Below are positions 1 to 9,008 of a stretch of 64,000 nt of DNA, piece by piece (position 1 is the stretch's first letter; each line of letters starts with the position of its first letter). The position numbers were made by a program, and so were the translations under genes. Under the pieces are notes generated by a model, which saw only the letters and a list, made by a program, of their open reading frames with translations, was not told the origin of the DNA and ran no database searches. This DNA is from Candidatus Lindowbacteria bacterium RIFCSPLOWO2_12_FULL_62_27 (GTDB taxonomy: Bacteria; Lindowbacteria; 2-12-FULL-62-27), in the NCBI GenBank assembly GCA_001784175.1, contig MFPR01000006.1, positions 62,001 through 126,000 of the forward strand. The letters run 5' to 3'.

Positions 1-1
1 C

Positions 2-556
2 GGCCACCGGCCGCTGGTCGTAGAGCGCGCCAAATTCCAGTTTCACCTGTGGTCGCAGAGATCCCGTTATCTTGCCGGATCGAGGGTAAGCGAATAGGAT
101 GACCGGTGAGTGCGTCGCGGCGTCCACTTCGAACTCAAGCGCTGACGCCTGCGTGCCGGGCAACTTGGCAGTAATGTGGCGGGCCAGGACAGGCATGAAG
201 CGGTCGCGAACCACCGTAATGCAGGCCTCCTCAAGAACCTTGGTACGCTTGTCGTGCTGTGAACGACTGGATGCGGCGTCCGGCCGCATGTCCCCGCCGA
301 AGCCAAGCCAATCAGGGTCGACGGCAAGGTCAATGTCTTCGGAAAAGCGCTGGATGATGCCAAATACTTTCGAGAGCGATGTGCCGCCTTTGAAAATCAG
401 GCGACCTCCCAATTCGGGATCGGAAAAAATCACTCCGAGAAGCCAGCACACCCAGAAATCCTTTTCGACGATATGGCTGCCAATGCTCCGGCGGGCACCG
501 GCTTCCTCAAACACTGCAGACTGCTCCGGGGTCGGTGTTCGCGCAAACTCAAGCAT
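2..556 (-). CDS. AbiEii/AbiGii-family nucleotidyltransferase toxin (type IV TA), truncated by the window edge
   Basis: Not in the ORF track. Hand translation from ATG 556 gives MLEFART...IVEKDFWVCWLL...LIFKGGTSLSKVFGIIQRFSEDIDL, the AbiEii EKD / KGGTSL / RFSEDID motifs. It overlaps the stop of the upstream antitoxin. Confidence 0.92.
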   Translation of the reverse strand, partial: MLEFARTPTPEQSAVFEEAGARRSIGSHIVEKDFWVCWLLGVIFSDPELGGRLIFKGGTSLSKVFGIIQRFSEDIDLAVDPDWLGFGGDMRPDAASSRSQHDKRTKVLEEACITVVRDRFMPVLARHITAKLPGTQASALEFEVDAATHSPVILFAYPRSGKITGSLRPQVKLEFGALYDQRPVA

Positions 557-1178
557 TCGGTGGTGTCCTCCGGCATATTTCCAATAGATATGGGCGCATC
601 CACGCCGGCGCGCGGATACGGTCCTTCGTCAGACATTGCTTGTCTTTCGTGTCCAATTTTTTCCGGAGTATTCCAACATGCCGGCTGGTCAACCGATCTT
701 TGCCGACAAACCTCAATGCCTGAATCACGATTCCGCTTGTGCGGCCGGCGGTCGCCATAGTTCGGGGTGTGGCGCGTTTCAAAATGATCTCCCGCCCGCC
801 AATCTTCACGCGCCGGGATATCCCGTCCGTCAGATACACGATCCGGGCCGGGACCTGTTCGGACAAGCCAAGCAGGTTTGCGGCGAAAGCGCCGGATGGC
901 TGCATTCGGATGGCCCGGCTTCTGGACAGGGCGCGGGCTATCGCATCCGGATCGGGCGCCATCTGACCGAGTCGGGGATGGATGCGAGGAAAGTCGTAAA
1001 GTCCCTGCGCCAAACGGCGGATGGCCTTGCGCCGGGCTTGGCGATGCAATGCCGTCCAAACCGCGCCGTCTCCGCCCAAGTCGGCAAAGTCGGCTGGTGT
1101 AAAGCACCAACCTCTGCCTCTACCTCGGATACGCGCGGCCATCATTTTTTCGATATGTTTCATGGATTTCGGCTCCAT
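549..1178 (-). CDS. DUF6088 / AbiEi-type antitoxin
   Basis: FTPADFADLG...IRRLAQGLYDFP...SGAFAANLLGLSEQVPARIVYLTDG motifs; lies directly upstream of AbiEii. Confidence 0.88.
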   Translation of the reverse strand: MEPKSMKHIEKMMAARIRGRGRGWCFTPADFADLGGDGAVWTALHRQARRKAIRRLAQGLYDFPRIHPRLGQMAPDPDAIARALSRSRAIRMQPSGAFAANLLGLSEQVPARIVYLTDGISRRVKIGGREIILKRATPRTMATAGRTSGIVIQALRFVGKDRLTSRHVGILRKKLDTKDKQCLTKDRIRAPAWMRPYLLEICRRTPPNA

Positions 1179-1181
1179 TTC

Positions 1182-1218
1182 TGTAAGGAATTATAATCAA
1201 TTTTCCTTACAAATGCAA
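1182..1218 (-). promoter_or_regulatory. sigma70 promoter with inverted-repeat operator for the AbiE operon
   Basis: Minus strand TTGCAT-17-TATAAT, overlapped by the inverted repeat TGTAAGGAA-N12-TTCCTTACA (1182-1211). Confidence 0.65.
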
Positions 1219-1316
1219 AGAGGAAATTCTCTCCGCACAACGGTAGGCTTGGACACCCTGTAATTTCGTGTGACGTAGGTTGACTCATATATGGATTCCA
1301 TTCTAATAATCGCTCT

Positions 1317-1658
1317 GTGAAAAAGATCAAACTTCGAGACAATGAAACGGTGCTTGAGGATGAGGCGGCACGACTATATCGCGTGGATGTACCCGCGCTC
1401 CGGCGTTCCCTGGGACGAAACAAAAAGCGATTTCCGGGCGGCGCTGTGTTTCAATTGACCAAATCAGAGATGACAGCACTCGGCTTGAAATTTGTCCGAT
1501 CCAGATCGGCGCCGTATGCGTTCACTCGATTCGGATACATCATGCTCGCCAACATCCTCAACAGCCCTACGGCCATCAAGGCGCACATCCGAAGAATCAG
1601 GAGTGTTTGCCGGCACCTGTCTTTTGAGGCGATTATCAGGATGATTGCCGGTCAATAG
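1317..1658 (+). CDS. ORF6N (KilA-N-like) domain protein
   Basis: LRDNETVLEDEAARLYRVD...RNKKRFP...FQLTKSE...PYAFTRFGYIMLANILNSPTAI resembles ORF6N; possibly degenerate. Confidence 0.75.
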   Translation: MKKIKLRDNETVLEDEAARLYRVDVPALRRSLGRNKKRFPGGAVFQLTKSEMTALGLKFVRSRSAPYAFTRFGYIMLANILNSPTAIKAHIRRIRSVCRHLSFEAIIRMIAGQ

Positions 1659-1710
1659 CGGAGGGTCGCACAATTCATTTTTAGAAAATCTCATTCCCAA
1701 GCGGCCTTCA

Positions 1711-1770
1711 AAAAACTTACGAAAAACTTACAAAAACTTTGGATGCAAAAAGTTGGCACTAATTTGGCAC
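1711..1770. repeat. Short direct repeats next to the att site (possible integrase arm-type sites)
   Basis: AAAAACTT x3 (1711-1740) and TTGGCAC x2 (1753, 1764), within ~115 bp of the tRNA remnant. Confidence 0.4.
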
Positions 1771-1825
1771 CAAATCGAAAATGGACTTTTGTAACCCATT
1801 CATTTATGAGCGACTAACAAAAATC

Positions 1826-1877
1826 AGGCAGCGGCCTTTGGAGCCGTTATCCGCAGGTTCGAATCCTGCCGCCCCAG
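1826..1877 (+). mobile_element. att site: 3' two-thirds of tRNA-Gln(TTG), not a complete tRNA
   Basis: AGGCA-GCGGC-CTTTGGA-GCCGT anticodon arm, GGTTCGAATCC T-loop and CGCCCCAG acceptor strand are present; the 5' acceptor strand and most of the D arm are absent. Confidence 0.85.
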
Positions 1878-1906
1878 AATTTTTCCATCTTCCATTTCCT
1901 TCAGAT

Positions 1907-1943
1907 TTGACGAATGTATTGATCATACGTATAATATACGTGT
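1907..1943 (+). promoter_or_regulatory. sigma70 promoter of the VapBC module with likely antitoxin operator
   Basis: TTGACG-17-TATAAT (1907-1935); ATACGT repeats flank the -10; GGAGG RBS before ATG 1965. Confidence 0.7.
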
Positions 1944-1964
1944 AAACTTAGGAGGTGGTCCACC

Positions 1965-2231
1965 ATGCCCAAGACGGCATTGAAAAAGGAAAAATGGACG
2001 CTGACGTTTGATCCGGGGCTCAAGGAGATCGTGACGAAGGAGGCGCGCCGGAACGGGATTTACCCGGTGGCCTTGCTGGAGCGGATGGTTCGGGAGAAGT
2101 TCAATCCCTTTGGCCATTCCGGCGTCGGGGACGCCGCGGCCTATGTCCGCGCCCTGCGGGGGCGATCGAGGGGCAAAACGGACGCGGCTTTTTTGCGAGA
2201 CATTCGTGAATGGCGAAAATCAAACTCTTAG
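1965..2231 (+). CDS. Putative antitoxin (RHH-like) of a VapBC module
   Basis: Small protein with an N-terminal KWTLTFD beta-strand then helices; overlaps the downstream PIN gene. Confidence 0.65.
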   Translation: MPKTALKKEKWTLTFDPGLKEIVTKEARRNGIYPVALLERMVREKFNPFGHSGVGDAAAYVRALRGRSRGKTDAAFLRDIREWRKSNS

Positions 2232-2587
2232 TCGATACCGATGTTTTCATCGAATATTTCAACCATGGGAAATTTTCGGCGCTGTTTGACTCCCCTGAAT
2301 TTGATGTCCACTATTCCATCGTTACCCGCAAGGAACTTCTGACCAAACCCGGCCTAAAAGATTCTGAAAAGAAGGCCATCGAAAACGTTCTGGCGCTGTT
2401 TCGGGCGATATTCCTGAACGTCCAGATCACCGAACGTTACACGGACCTTAGACGCCGATATCCGGCGCTTGAAAAGGAAGATGGCTTGATTGCGGCCACG
2501 GCGCTGGCCCGACGTCTGCCGCTGGTCACCCGGAACCGAAAGCACTTTCAATTCATTCAAGGTCTGACGTTGTTTTCGCCCAAGTGA
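2210..2587 (+). CDS. vapC: PIN-domain VapC toxin
   Basis: LLVDTDVFI...E...EDGLIAATALARRLPLVTRNRKHF. Confidence 0.9.
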   Translation: MAKIKLLVDTDVFIEYFNHGKFSALFDSPEFDVHYSIVTRKELLTKPGLKDSEKKAIENVLALFRAIFLNVQITERYTDLRRRYPALEKEDGLIAATALARRLPLVTRNRKHFQFIQGLTLFSPK

Positions 2588-2623
2588 GGTGAAAAATAAA
2601 CACGATGTTGTGACCCCATGGAA

Positions 2624-2663
2624 TTGGAGCCGTTATCCGCAGGTTCGAATCCTGCCGCCCCAG
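2624..2663 (+). mobile_element. Second att copy (40-bp tRNA-Gln 3' end)
   Basis: Identical to 1838-1877: TTGGAGCCGTTATCCGCAGGTTCGAATCCTGCCGCCCCAG. Confidence 0.9.
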
Positions 2664-2751
2664 TATTTTCAACGAGATTGCTGACACATCCCCGCCGGGA
2701 TGCTTTGATGCTCCCAGAAACACACGGATTCCAATGATAAAGGAGGCTTCC

Positions 2752-2949
2752 ATGGCCAAGAAACTGGAAATGCTGGTGGTGTCGAGCAAGGTGAAAGGGT
2801 TGCTTAAGAAAGCCAAGTGCAACACGGCGGGGGACGCGCTGGATGGCCTGAATGGAGTGGTTCACTGGTACATCGCCGAGGCGGCGGCGCGAGCCAAGGC
2901 CAACGGCCGCAAGACCGTTCGCAAGCACGATTTTTGCGCCTGCGCCTGA
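2752..2949 (+). CDS. Bacterial histone-fold protein (Bd0055/HBb-like singlet)
   Basis: 65 aa; LVVSSKVKGLLK...NTAGDALDGL...AKANGRKTVRKHDF matches the histone L2 RKTV..D motif; AAGGAGG RBS. Confidence 0.85.
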   Translation: MAKKLEMLVVSSKVKGLLKKAKCNTAGDALDGLNGVVHWYIAEAAARAKANGRKTVRKHDFCACA

Positions 2950-3020
2950 ACGATCTTTTTTCCGGTTATAAACCACTCGCGAACGTTTGGGATATATTCG
3001 CGCGCTGAAGGAGGTGCCGG

Positions 3021-4430
3021 TTGAAAAAGAAAACTCCGGTTGTCCCGATCGTCCTCATTGCCGCCACGGCGATTTTCGCGTCGTGCGGCGACCCTTCATC
3101 CCCCATCCATGCCACAGTGGGGGATTGGATGGCAAGAGAGGCGATCACTTTTTCCGTTGAATCCGATGTGGACGGCGCCATCGACAAACTCGCCGCGTCG
3201 CTGGATGGATCGGTCGATCTGCTTGCGTTCGGCGAGGCGCTTCACGGCGGCGAGGAGATTCTCGTCCTTCGCAACCGGATGTTCCGGCGTCTTGTGGAAT
3301 CGCACGGCTTCAGCGCGATCGCCATCGAGAGCAGTTTTCCGAAAGCGCATCTGGTGAATGAGTACGTATCGGGCCGCGGGCCCGCGTCGTATGAGGCGAT
3401 CAAGGAGACGGGGTTTGCCCATGCGGCCGGGAGTCTCGAAGCCAATCGAGAACTTGTGGAATGGATGCGGAACTACAACGCCGATTCGTCCCGCAAGGTG
3501 AAAGTCGGGTTTTATGGGTTTGACATTCCAAGCGGCGCGATGGGTATCGCCAGCCCGCGGCAGGTCCTCGATTTCGCCGTTGATTATCTCGCCTCGATCG
3601 ACAGCGCGAGCGGATCGGACCATCGGCGGCGAATGCATTCGCTATTGGGGGACGACGCGCCGTGGGAGAATCCGGCGGTGTACATGGATCCATCCAAATC
3701 GATCGCGCTCTCACCCGCGGCGAAGGATCTGCGGACAGCGACGGAGGACCTGATTGCGGAATTTCGAACGCGCCGGCCCGAACTGACCGCCAAAAGCGGC
3801 GACGAACCATATCTCGAAGCCCTTCATTACGCGGAGATGGCGCGGCAGCTTCTGAACTTTCACGTGTCGATGGCGGTGAGAAAACCGGGCGAGTCGCCCG
3901 CGCGGGTTCTGGGCGTGCGCGACGCGCTGATGGCCGACAACCTTGACTACATCGTCGAACGCGAACGCGGGCGGGGGAAAGTTCTGGTGTTCGCTCACAA
4001 CAGCCATGTACAGCGCGGAAAGGCCGTCTGGCCCGGGCAAAAATATTGGGGAACGCAAGATCCCTGCGAGTGGTGGCCCGCCGGGGCTCTGCTCGAACGG
4101 ATGATGGGACCCCGCTATGCCGTCATCGGATCGGCGGTGGGCGTATCGGACGACAACGGCATCGGCAAGCCTGATTCGGGAACGCTTGAAGCTCTACTGT
4201 CCGCGCGGGCGGCGCCGGCGCTGTTCATACCGACGTATCGCGGCAGAAGTTTCGCCTCCGCCGAAATCGTTTCGCTTCCGGTTCGGCGCAGCAGTATGCT
4301 GAATCAAACCTACGCGCCGCTCACTCCGCAAAGTTTCACCGACTTCGACTGGCTCGCCTTTCTTGATTCAACCGCCTACAACCGCGGCGGCTCGCCGCTC
4401 CGGACGTGGGACGCCGGCGCCAAAAAATGA
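3021..4430 (+). CDS. Erythromycin esterase family protein, probable lipoprotein
   Basis: LAFGEALHG, AIAIES, FYGFD, RDALMADN and VFAHNSHV motifs; IFASC lipobox-like. Confidence 0.85.
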   Translation: MKKKTPVVPIVLIAATAIFASCGDPSSPIHATVGDWMAREAITFSVESDVDGAIDKLAASLDGSVDLLAFGEALHGGEEILVLRNRMFRRLVESHGFSAIAIESSFPKAHLVNEYVSGRGPASYEAIKETGFAHAAGSLEANRELVEWMRNYNADSSRKVKVGFYGFDIPSGAMGIASPRQVLDFAVDYLASIDSASGSDHRRRMHSLLGDDAPWENPAVYMDPSKSIALSPAAKDLRTATEDLIAEFRTRRPELTAKSGDEPYLEALHYAEMARQLLNFHVSMAVRKPGESPARVLGVRDALMADNLDYIVERERGRGKVLVFAHNSHVQRGKAVWPGQKYWGTQDPCEWWPAGALLERMMGPRYAVIGSAVGVSDDNGIGKPDSGTLEALLSARAAPALFIPTYRGRSFASAEIVSLPVRRSSMLNQTYAPLTPQSFTDFDWLAFLDSTAYNRGGSPLRTWDAGAKK

Positions 4431-5032
4431 ATTCGTTTGGGGCCGGCCGGGGATTCCTGCCGAATACGGTATCGGAAGCAGTCGACCAGGTGGTCGTTGA
4501 CCATACCCACCGCCTGCATGTGGGCGTAGATGATCGTGCCACCTACGAATTTGAATCCGCGTTTTTTCAGATCCGCGCTTAAGGCATCGGATTCCGGCGA
4601 CGTGGCCGGTATGTCTTTCATGGTCCTCCTGCGATTTCGGATGGGCCGGCCGCCGACGAATCGCCAGACATACGCGTCGAAACTGCCGAATTCTTTCCGG
4701 ACGGCCAAAAACGCCCGGGCGTTCCCGACGGCGGCGGCGACCTTCAGGCGATTCCGGATGATCCCGGGATTTTTCAGAAGGGCCGCGATTTTCCTTCCGG
4801 TAAAACGGGCGACCCGGACAGGATCAAATCCGGCGAAGGCCTTCCGATAGCTCTCGCGTTTCTTGAGAACCGTCGACCAGCTCAACCCAGCCTGAGCTCC
4901 CTCCAGAATGAGAAACTCAAAATGTTTCCGGTCGTCATGAACCGGCACGCCCCATTCGGTGTCGTGGTATTCGAGATAGAAATCGCCAACGCCCTCGGCC
5001 CACGCACAGCGTTTTCGGAAATTGGCCGTCAT
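4376..5032 (-). CDS. tag: DNA-3-methyladenine glycosylase I
   Basis: RCAWA...YHDTEWG...LEGAQAGLSW...IIRNRLK...MQAVGMVNDHLVDC. Confidence 0.95.
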   Translation of the reverse strand: MTANFRKRCAWAEGVGDFYLEYHDTEWGVPVHDDRKHFEFLILEGAQAGLSWSTVLKKRESYRKAFAGFDPVRVARFTGRKIAALLKNPGIIRNRLKVAAAVGNARAFLAVRKEFGSFDAYVWRFVGGRPIRNRRRTMKDIPATSPESDALSADLKKRGFKFVGGTIIYAHMQAVGMVNDHLVDCFRYRIRQESPAGPKRIHFLAPASHVRSGEPPRL

Positions 5033-5436
5033 TTCCCGCGCTTTCTCCGGAGCACAACGTCAACACTCCACTCGCCGGCTCCGTGGGCTGCCAAGAACAG
5101 AAATATGAAGCAGAGCAGCACGGCCGGCTCGCCGTGGTTCTGGATCGGCCAGAATCCCTGCGGCTGGTGGAACTGGAAGTAGGCGACCGCCATCATGCCC
5201 GAAAGGATGAAGGCGACAGGCCTGGTCCAGAGTCCCAGCAGGATCGCCGCGCCGCCATAGAACTCAAGCACGCCCCGAATCCATATCTGCGACAGAAACT
5301 TTGGGTGGCCGCCGAACTGGGCCGGGACGCCGCCGAACCAATCGAAGATCTTCATGCCCCCGGCCTGAAGAAACAGCAGGCCCGATACGACCCGCAGGAG
5401 AAACAACACAATTTCCTTTGCCCGATCCATGTTCAT
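5029..5436 (-). CDS. DoxX family membrane protein
   Basis: LGLWTRPVAFILSGMMAVAYF...NHGEPAVL...GAGEWSVD. Confidence 0.9.
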   Translation of the reverse strand: MNMDRAKEIVLFLLRVVSGLLFLQAGGMKIFDWFGGVPAQFGGHPKFLSQIWIRGVLEFYGGAAILLGLWTRPVAFILSGMMAVAYFQFHQPQGFWPIQNHGEPAVLLCFIFLFLAAHGAGEWSVDVVLRRKRGK

Positions 5437-5464
5437 GACAATGCCGTCCTTTCCATCCGGCCGC

Positions 5465-5935
5465 TCACATTCGCTCACCGGGCAATTTGCCGGCTTGCTT
5501 CACCCAAGCGGCGAGCTGAGCTTCGTCGAGCGGGTCGTCCTCGCGGATGTCGAGGTATCGCACTTCCTTCTGCTTGGACTCGCCGGGGGGGACAGGACGC
5601 AGCGACGTGCCGCGGAAGAAAGCCACTTTGACGTAGTTCGTGAAGCAATGGATGCCGAGGAACCAGCCCTGGCCCTCGACTCCGTAGAAGGGCGAGTTCC
5701 ATTTGACCGCCTTGCGCACGCCGTGGACGGTGCGCACGATGAGCGCGTCGAGGCGGCGCCCGACGTCGCGTTTCCAGCCCGGCATGGCCGCGATGTAGGC
5801 CTGCACGGGGGCGTCGCCGTCGGCCTTCGCGATCTGAGGGTTGCCGCCCGCGAGGAGAGCCGGCTTGGCGGCGACTCGCTTGGCGGCGGCCTTCTTTGCG
5901 GCCCGCGCCAACTTCCCGGACGTTTTGTTGACCAT
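5465..5935 (-). CDS. DUF1801 domain protein
   Basis: LLAGGNPQIAKADGDAPVQAYIAAMPGWK...KAVKWNSPFYG. Confidence 0.85.
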   Translation of the reverse strand: MVNKTSGKLARAAKKAAAKRVAAKPALLAGGNPQIAKADGDAPVQAYIAAMPGWKRDVGRRLDALIVRTVHGVRKAVKWNSPFYGVEGQGWFLGIHCFTNYVKVAFFRGTSLRPVPPGESKQKEVRYLDIREDDPLDEAQLAAWVKQAGKLPGERM

Positions 5936-5952
5936 TGCGCTCACTCCTTTTT

Positions 5953-6357
5953 TCACTTGATCCCGGAACAATGCACCGGTTGGATCTTGTACATGACCCG
6001 CACTTCGCCGGGACGGTTGTATGGGAATTTGTCCAGGCCGAGATACTTCATCGTCAAGAGATCGATATGCTCCGCCGCGCCCTTCTCCTGGATGTCGACG
6101 ACTTTCCCGCGCACTTCGAGATAGCGGTACGGGTTGTCCGGATCCTGGAGTGTCAGCGTCACGCGCGGATCGCGCCGCATGTTCTGGTCCTTGACTCGAC
6201 CGCGAGCCGATCCGATCCGGATGTGGGTGCCGTCAAAATCGCACCAGACCGGCGTCACCTGCGGCTGTCCGTCCGGCATGATCGTGGCCAGCTGCGCGAA
6301 GGCTTTCTTCTGAAACAAATCCAGAAATTCTGCTGGAATCTCATTCGCCATGTTCAT
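5953..6357 (-). CDS. PPOX-class (F420-dependent-like) oxidoreductase
   Basis: LATIMPDGQPQVTPVW...RVKDQNMRRDPRV...NPYRYLEVRG. Confidence 0.88.
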   Translation of the reverse strand: MNMANEIPAEFLDLFQKKAFAQLATIMPDGQPQVTPVWCDFDGTHIRIGSARGRVKDQNMRRDPRVTLTLQDPDNPYRYLEVRGKVVDIQEKGAAEHIDLLTMKYLGLDKFPYNRPGEVRVMYKIQPVHCSGIK

Positions 6358-6463
6358 TCGCCTCTCTTCATTTTTGTTAAATACGGAGATCGGAAGATAT
6401 TGTACCATCCGATAGGAAATAGTTGTATAATGAAAGAACAACGCAGGAAAGGATCAGGATCCC

Positions 6464-6682
6464 ATGACGCAGAGAAACGGACAGAATCCGATCAAGTCAT
6501 TGAAAAATTTTGAGCACGGCCGCAGTCATTTTAACAATCCGGGGAATATCCACGGCAATCCGCAAAATCCCACCGGCATTTGCACAGCCTGCGGCGCGGA
6601 AGTCCCTCATAAACCGGGCTTCAGATTTTCCGCGCTCAAATGTCCGAAATGCGGCGCCTCCATGCGGCAGCAGACGCATTAG
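6464..6682 (+). CDS. Small zinc-ribbon-like protein
   Basis: GICTACGAEVPHKPG...CPKCGASM (two CxxC pairs). Confidence 0.55.
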   Translation: MTQRNGQNPIKSLKNFEHGRSHFNNPGNIHGNPQNPTGICTACGAEVPHKPGFRFSALKCPKCGASMRQQTH

Positions 6683-6700
6683 CGCGAAGTCCGTGCCTGT

Positions 6701-6733
6701 AAAAAAACAGTCCCGGCAGGAAACTGCCGGGAC
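6701..6733 (-). terminator. Rho-independent terminator of the csp gene
   Basis: GTCCCGGCAG-GAAA-CTGCCGGGAC hairpin followed by a T7 tract on the minus strand. Confidence 0.85.
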
Positions 6734-6767
6734 CGGAGAATTTTCTCTGTAAAACGCGAGAACGGAA

Positions 6768-6977
6768 TTAAGCGCTGATTTTCTGGACGTTCAACGCCTG
6801 CTTGCCTTTTTTCCCTTCGCCAATTTCGAACTCGACTTTCTGTCCTTCATCGAGGTTTTTAAATCCCTCGCCGGCAATGCTGGAGAAATGCACAAACAAA
6901 TCTCCAGCGCCGCCTTCGAGCTCGATAAAGCCAAATCCTTTCTTGGCATCAAACCACTTTACTTTACCCTGTGCCAT
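6768..6977 (-). CDS. cspA: Cold-shock protein
   Basis: [15 protein letters not shown] (RNP1) and DLFVHFS (RNP2). Confidence 0.97.
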   Translation of the reverse strand: MAQGKVKWFDAKKGFGFIELEGGAGDLFVHFSSIAGEGFKNLDEGQKVEFEIGEGKKGKQALNVQKISA

Positions 6978-7208
6978 TCGCCTTACCTCCTTCTTACCGT
7001 TCAGCCCAAGTCAGGAACACTGTTATTACACCCACCGATTTCGGCCGAAGGACCCAAGGATCGAAAAGCCAATATCGTCACGATCGGGTATATCCCAGAA
7101 CCCCACTCGACCGCTGCGCCGCCATCTGCAGCCTGCCAACGGCCAAGGCTTATGTGAAAACTGTAATTACGAATGAGCGGATAGTCAATAGCGGAAATTT
7201 CGATCGGT

Positions 7209-7238
7209 TTGACACAAAAACTATACATTTGTATAGTT
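7209..7238 (+). promoter_or_regulatory. Promoter with palindromic TetR-type operator
   Basis: TTGACA at 7209; inverted repeat AACTATACA-TT-TGTATAGTT (7219-7238). Confidence 0.7.
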
Positions 7239-7267
7239 ATGCAGTCGTATAGACAAGGAGACGAGCA

Positions 7268-7557
7268 ATGACACGGCCTTCGCAAAACACGGACTGGCGG
7301 CTCATCCGGGCCGGACGGGAGCTGCTGCCTGAAACCGGGATCACGGGGCTGAGCCTGCGCAGGGAGGCGGACCGCGCGGGCGTGAACCTCGGCATGTTCC
7401 ACTGGTGCCCAACGCCCTCGTCACCATTCTCGAACGCGTCAAGGCGCGCAGGCCCTTCGGGATCCATCCCAAGGATCTCGATACGGTCTTTCTCTCGGAT
7501 CAGGTGATTGAAACGCGTATCGGACTTGTCCTCCAAGGGCTGAAAAAGGGCCGATGA
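7268..7557 (+). pseudogene. TetR/AcrR regulator pseudogene (internal deletion plus frameshift)
   Basis: The HTH (GITGLSLRREADRAGVNLGMFHW) breaks off; a plausible C-terminus (...IETRIGLVLQGLKKGR*) is in another frame and ends in an ATGA overlap with tolC; total length under 300 bp. Confidence 0.7.
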
Positions 7558-9008
7558 ACGTCCGGCGGATCATCGTTTCCGCGGCCGCCCTGTGGATCGC
7601 GCCGTCCGTCCACGCCATGTCTTTGGGTGACGCGGTCCGCGAGTCCATTCAAAACAGCCCCGAAGTTCGCGAGGCGGCGCTGGGGCTCGACCGGGCCATG
7701 CTGGAGGAGCCGGGAATTCTGGCGTTGACCGATCCGGTCTTCAGCCTCAGCGTCTCCGCGACGGACGACCGGGGGCCGCGGGCGAGTCCCGCCTTTCAGG
7801 GCGCCTACAGCCGATCCAACGATTGGGAGGCCGCGGTCAGCCAGGATCTTCTGATCGGGACCGAATCGAAACTGTTTCTGAAATCGGAGGACCTCCAGAG
7901 CCCTTCCAATTTCCGCAGCGTCGATCCGACCATCACGACGACGTTCGGAGTGGAAGTTCGCCAGCCGCTGTGGCGCAATTTCCACGGGAGACCGGACAAG
8001 GCCAAACGCCGGCAGGCGCGCGCCGGCGTGTCGGCCGCGCAGGGCGCCCTTGATCGCGCCAGGGAACGGGAGGCGGCCCGCGCCATGATCGCATTTGCGG
8101 ATGTCTGCACGGCCCAGGAGCAGATCGTCATCCGCGAGGCGGCGCTGGCGGACGCGGAGAAACTTCTGAAAACCTATCAGGAGAAGAAGCGATATGGTCT
8201 GGTCGACGCGTCGGACCTGATTCAGGCCGAGGTTTCCGCGCGAACGCAGGAGACGGAACTGAGGCTGGGGCGGTCCGCGCTCAAGCAGGCCGAAGAGGCC
8301 CTGCGACGCGCGCTCTATCGCAAGGATGCATCGGCGTTCGGGCCGTTGCGTCTTCCGGATTTGCCCTCGAAGTCCATCCCGACAGCGGAAGAGGCGTGGG
8401 CGCGGGCGGCGGCGAACCGCGGCGATTACCGCTCCGAGGTCCATCGGGTCGAACGCGCGGAGAATTTTGAGCAGGTGGAAAAATTGCGGACCCTGCCGGA
8501 TCTGGCTCTCGTCGGCGAATACGAGTGGGCGGGATTGAGCAACCGTTCCGGCCAATCCTGGCGCGACGTTCGAGACGCGGACAAGCCCTATTACAAGACC
8601 GGCATCGAATTGGAAATCCCCTTCTTCGGCAGGCAGGAGACGGTTCGGCGCGAGGAGGCGGCGCTTCTCTTGAAAACCGCGCGCGCGCGAAGAGACCAAG
8701 TGGAGGCCGATTTGCGGCAGGAGGTCAGCGAAGCACTGGAGAGTTTGCGCCTGGCGCAGGACCGCGCGGCGGCCTACAAGGAATTGGTCGATCTGGAAAA
8801 GCGCAAGCTTGCCGCGGCCCAGGAGGATTTCCAGCGCGGCCGGTCGTCGACGGACATTTTGATTCGATTCCAATCCGACATCCACCGCACCGAGTCGCAG
8901 CTCCTGGAAGCCAACGCCGACCTGTTCATGCAATGGGCCCGGTTGAGCCTCGCGACCGGTACGCTTCTCGAGGATTTCGCCGCGCATGTGGGGGAGCGCT
9001 CTCCCTGA
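7554..9008 (+). CDS. TolC-family outer membrane efflux protein
   Basis: Signal peptide; two OEP-like repeats (MSLGDAVRESIQNSPEV; LPDLALVG; LSLATGTLL); upstream of an RND gene. Confidence 0.85.
   Translation: MNVRRIIVSAAALWIAPSVHAMSLGDAVRESIQNSPEVREAALGLDRAMLEEPGILALTDPVFSLSVSATDDRGPRASPAFQGAYSRSNDWEAAVSQDLLIGTESKLFLKSEDLQSPSNFRSVDPTITTTFGVEVRQPLWRNFHGRPDKAKRRQARAGVSAAQGALDRAREREAARAMIAFADVCTAQEQIVIREAALADAEKLLKTYQEKKRYGLVDASDLIQAEVSARTQETELRLGRSALKQAEEALRRALYRKDASAFGPLRLPDLPSKSIPTAEEAWARAAANRGDYRSEVHRVERAENFEQVEKLRTLPDLALVGEYEWAGLSNRSGQSWRDVRDADKPYYKTGIELEIPFFGRQETVRREEAALLLKTARARRDQVEADLRQEVSEALESLRLAQDRAAAYKELVDLEKRKLAAAQEDFQRGRSSTDILIRFQSDIHRTESQLLEANADLFMQWARLSLATGTLLEDFAAHVGERSP

Noticed and set aside
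1826-1877. Functional tRNA-Gln gene
   Set aside because: The 5' acceptor strand and most of the D arm are missing; it is an att remnant.
4376-4430. 55-bp convergent overlap of tag and the esterase gene as a regulatory feature
   Set aside because: More simply a non-conserved tag tail running on to the next stop codon.
3021-4430. Bona fide macrolide resistance gene
   Set aside because: Only family-level motifs are visible; many members of this family are not resistance enzymes.
8525-9004. N-terminal 160-aa extension of the RND ORF
   Set aside because: It overlaps tolC out of frame; RND-like sequence begins only near 9005.
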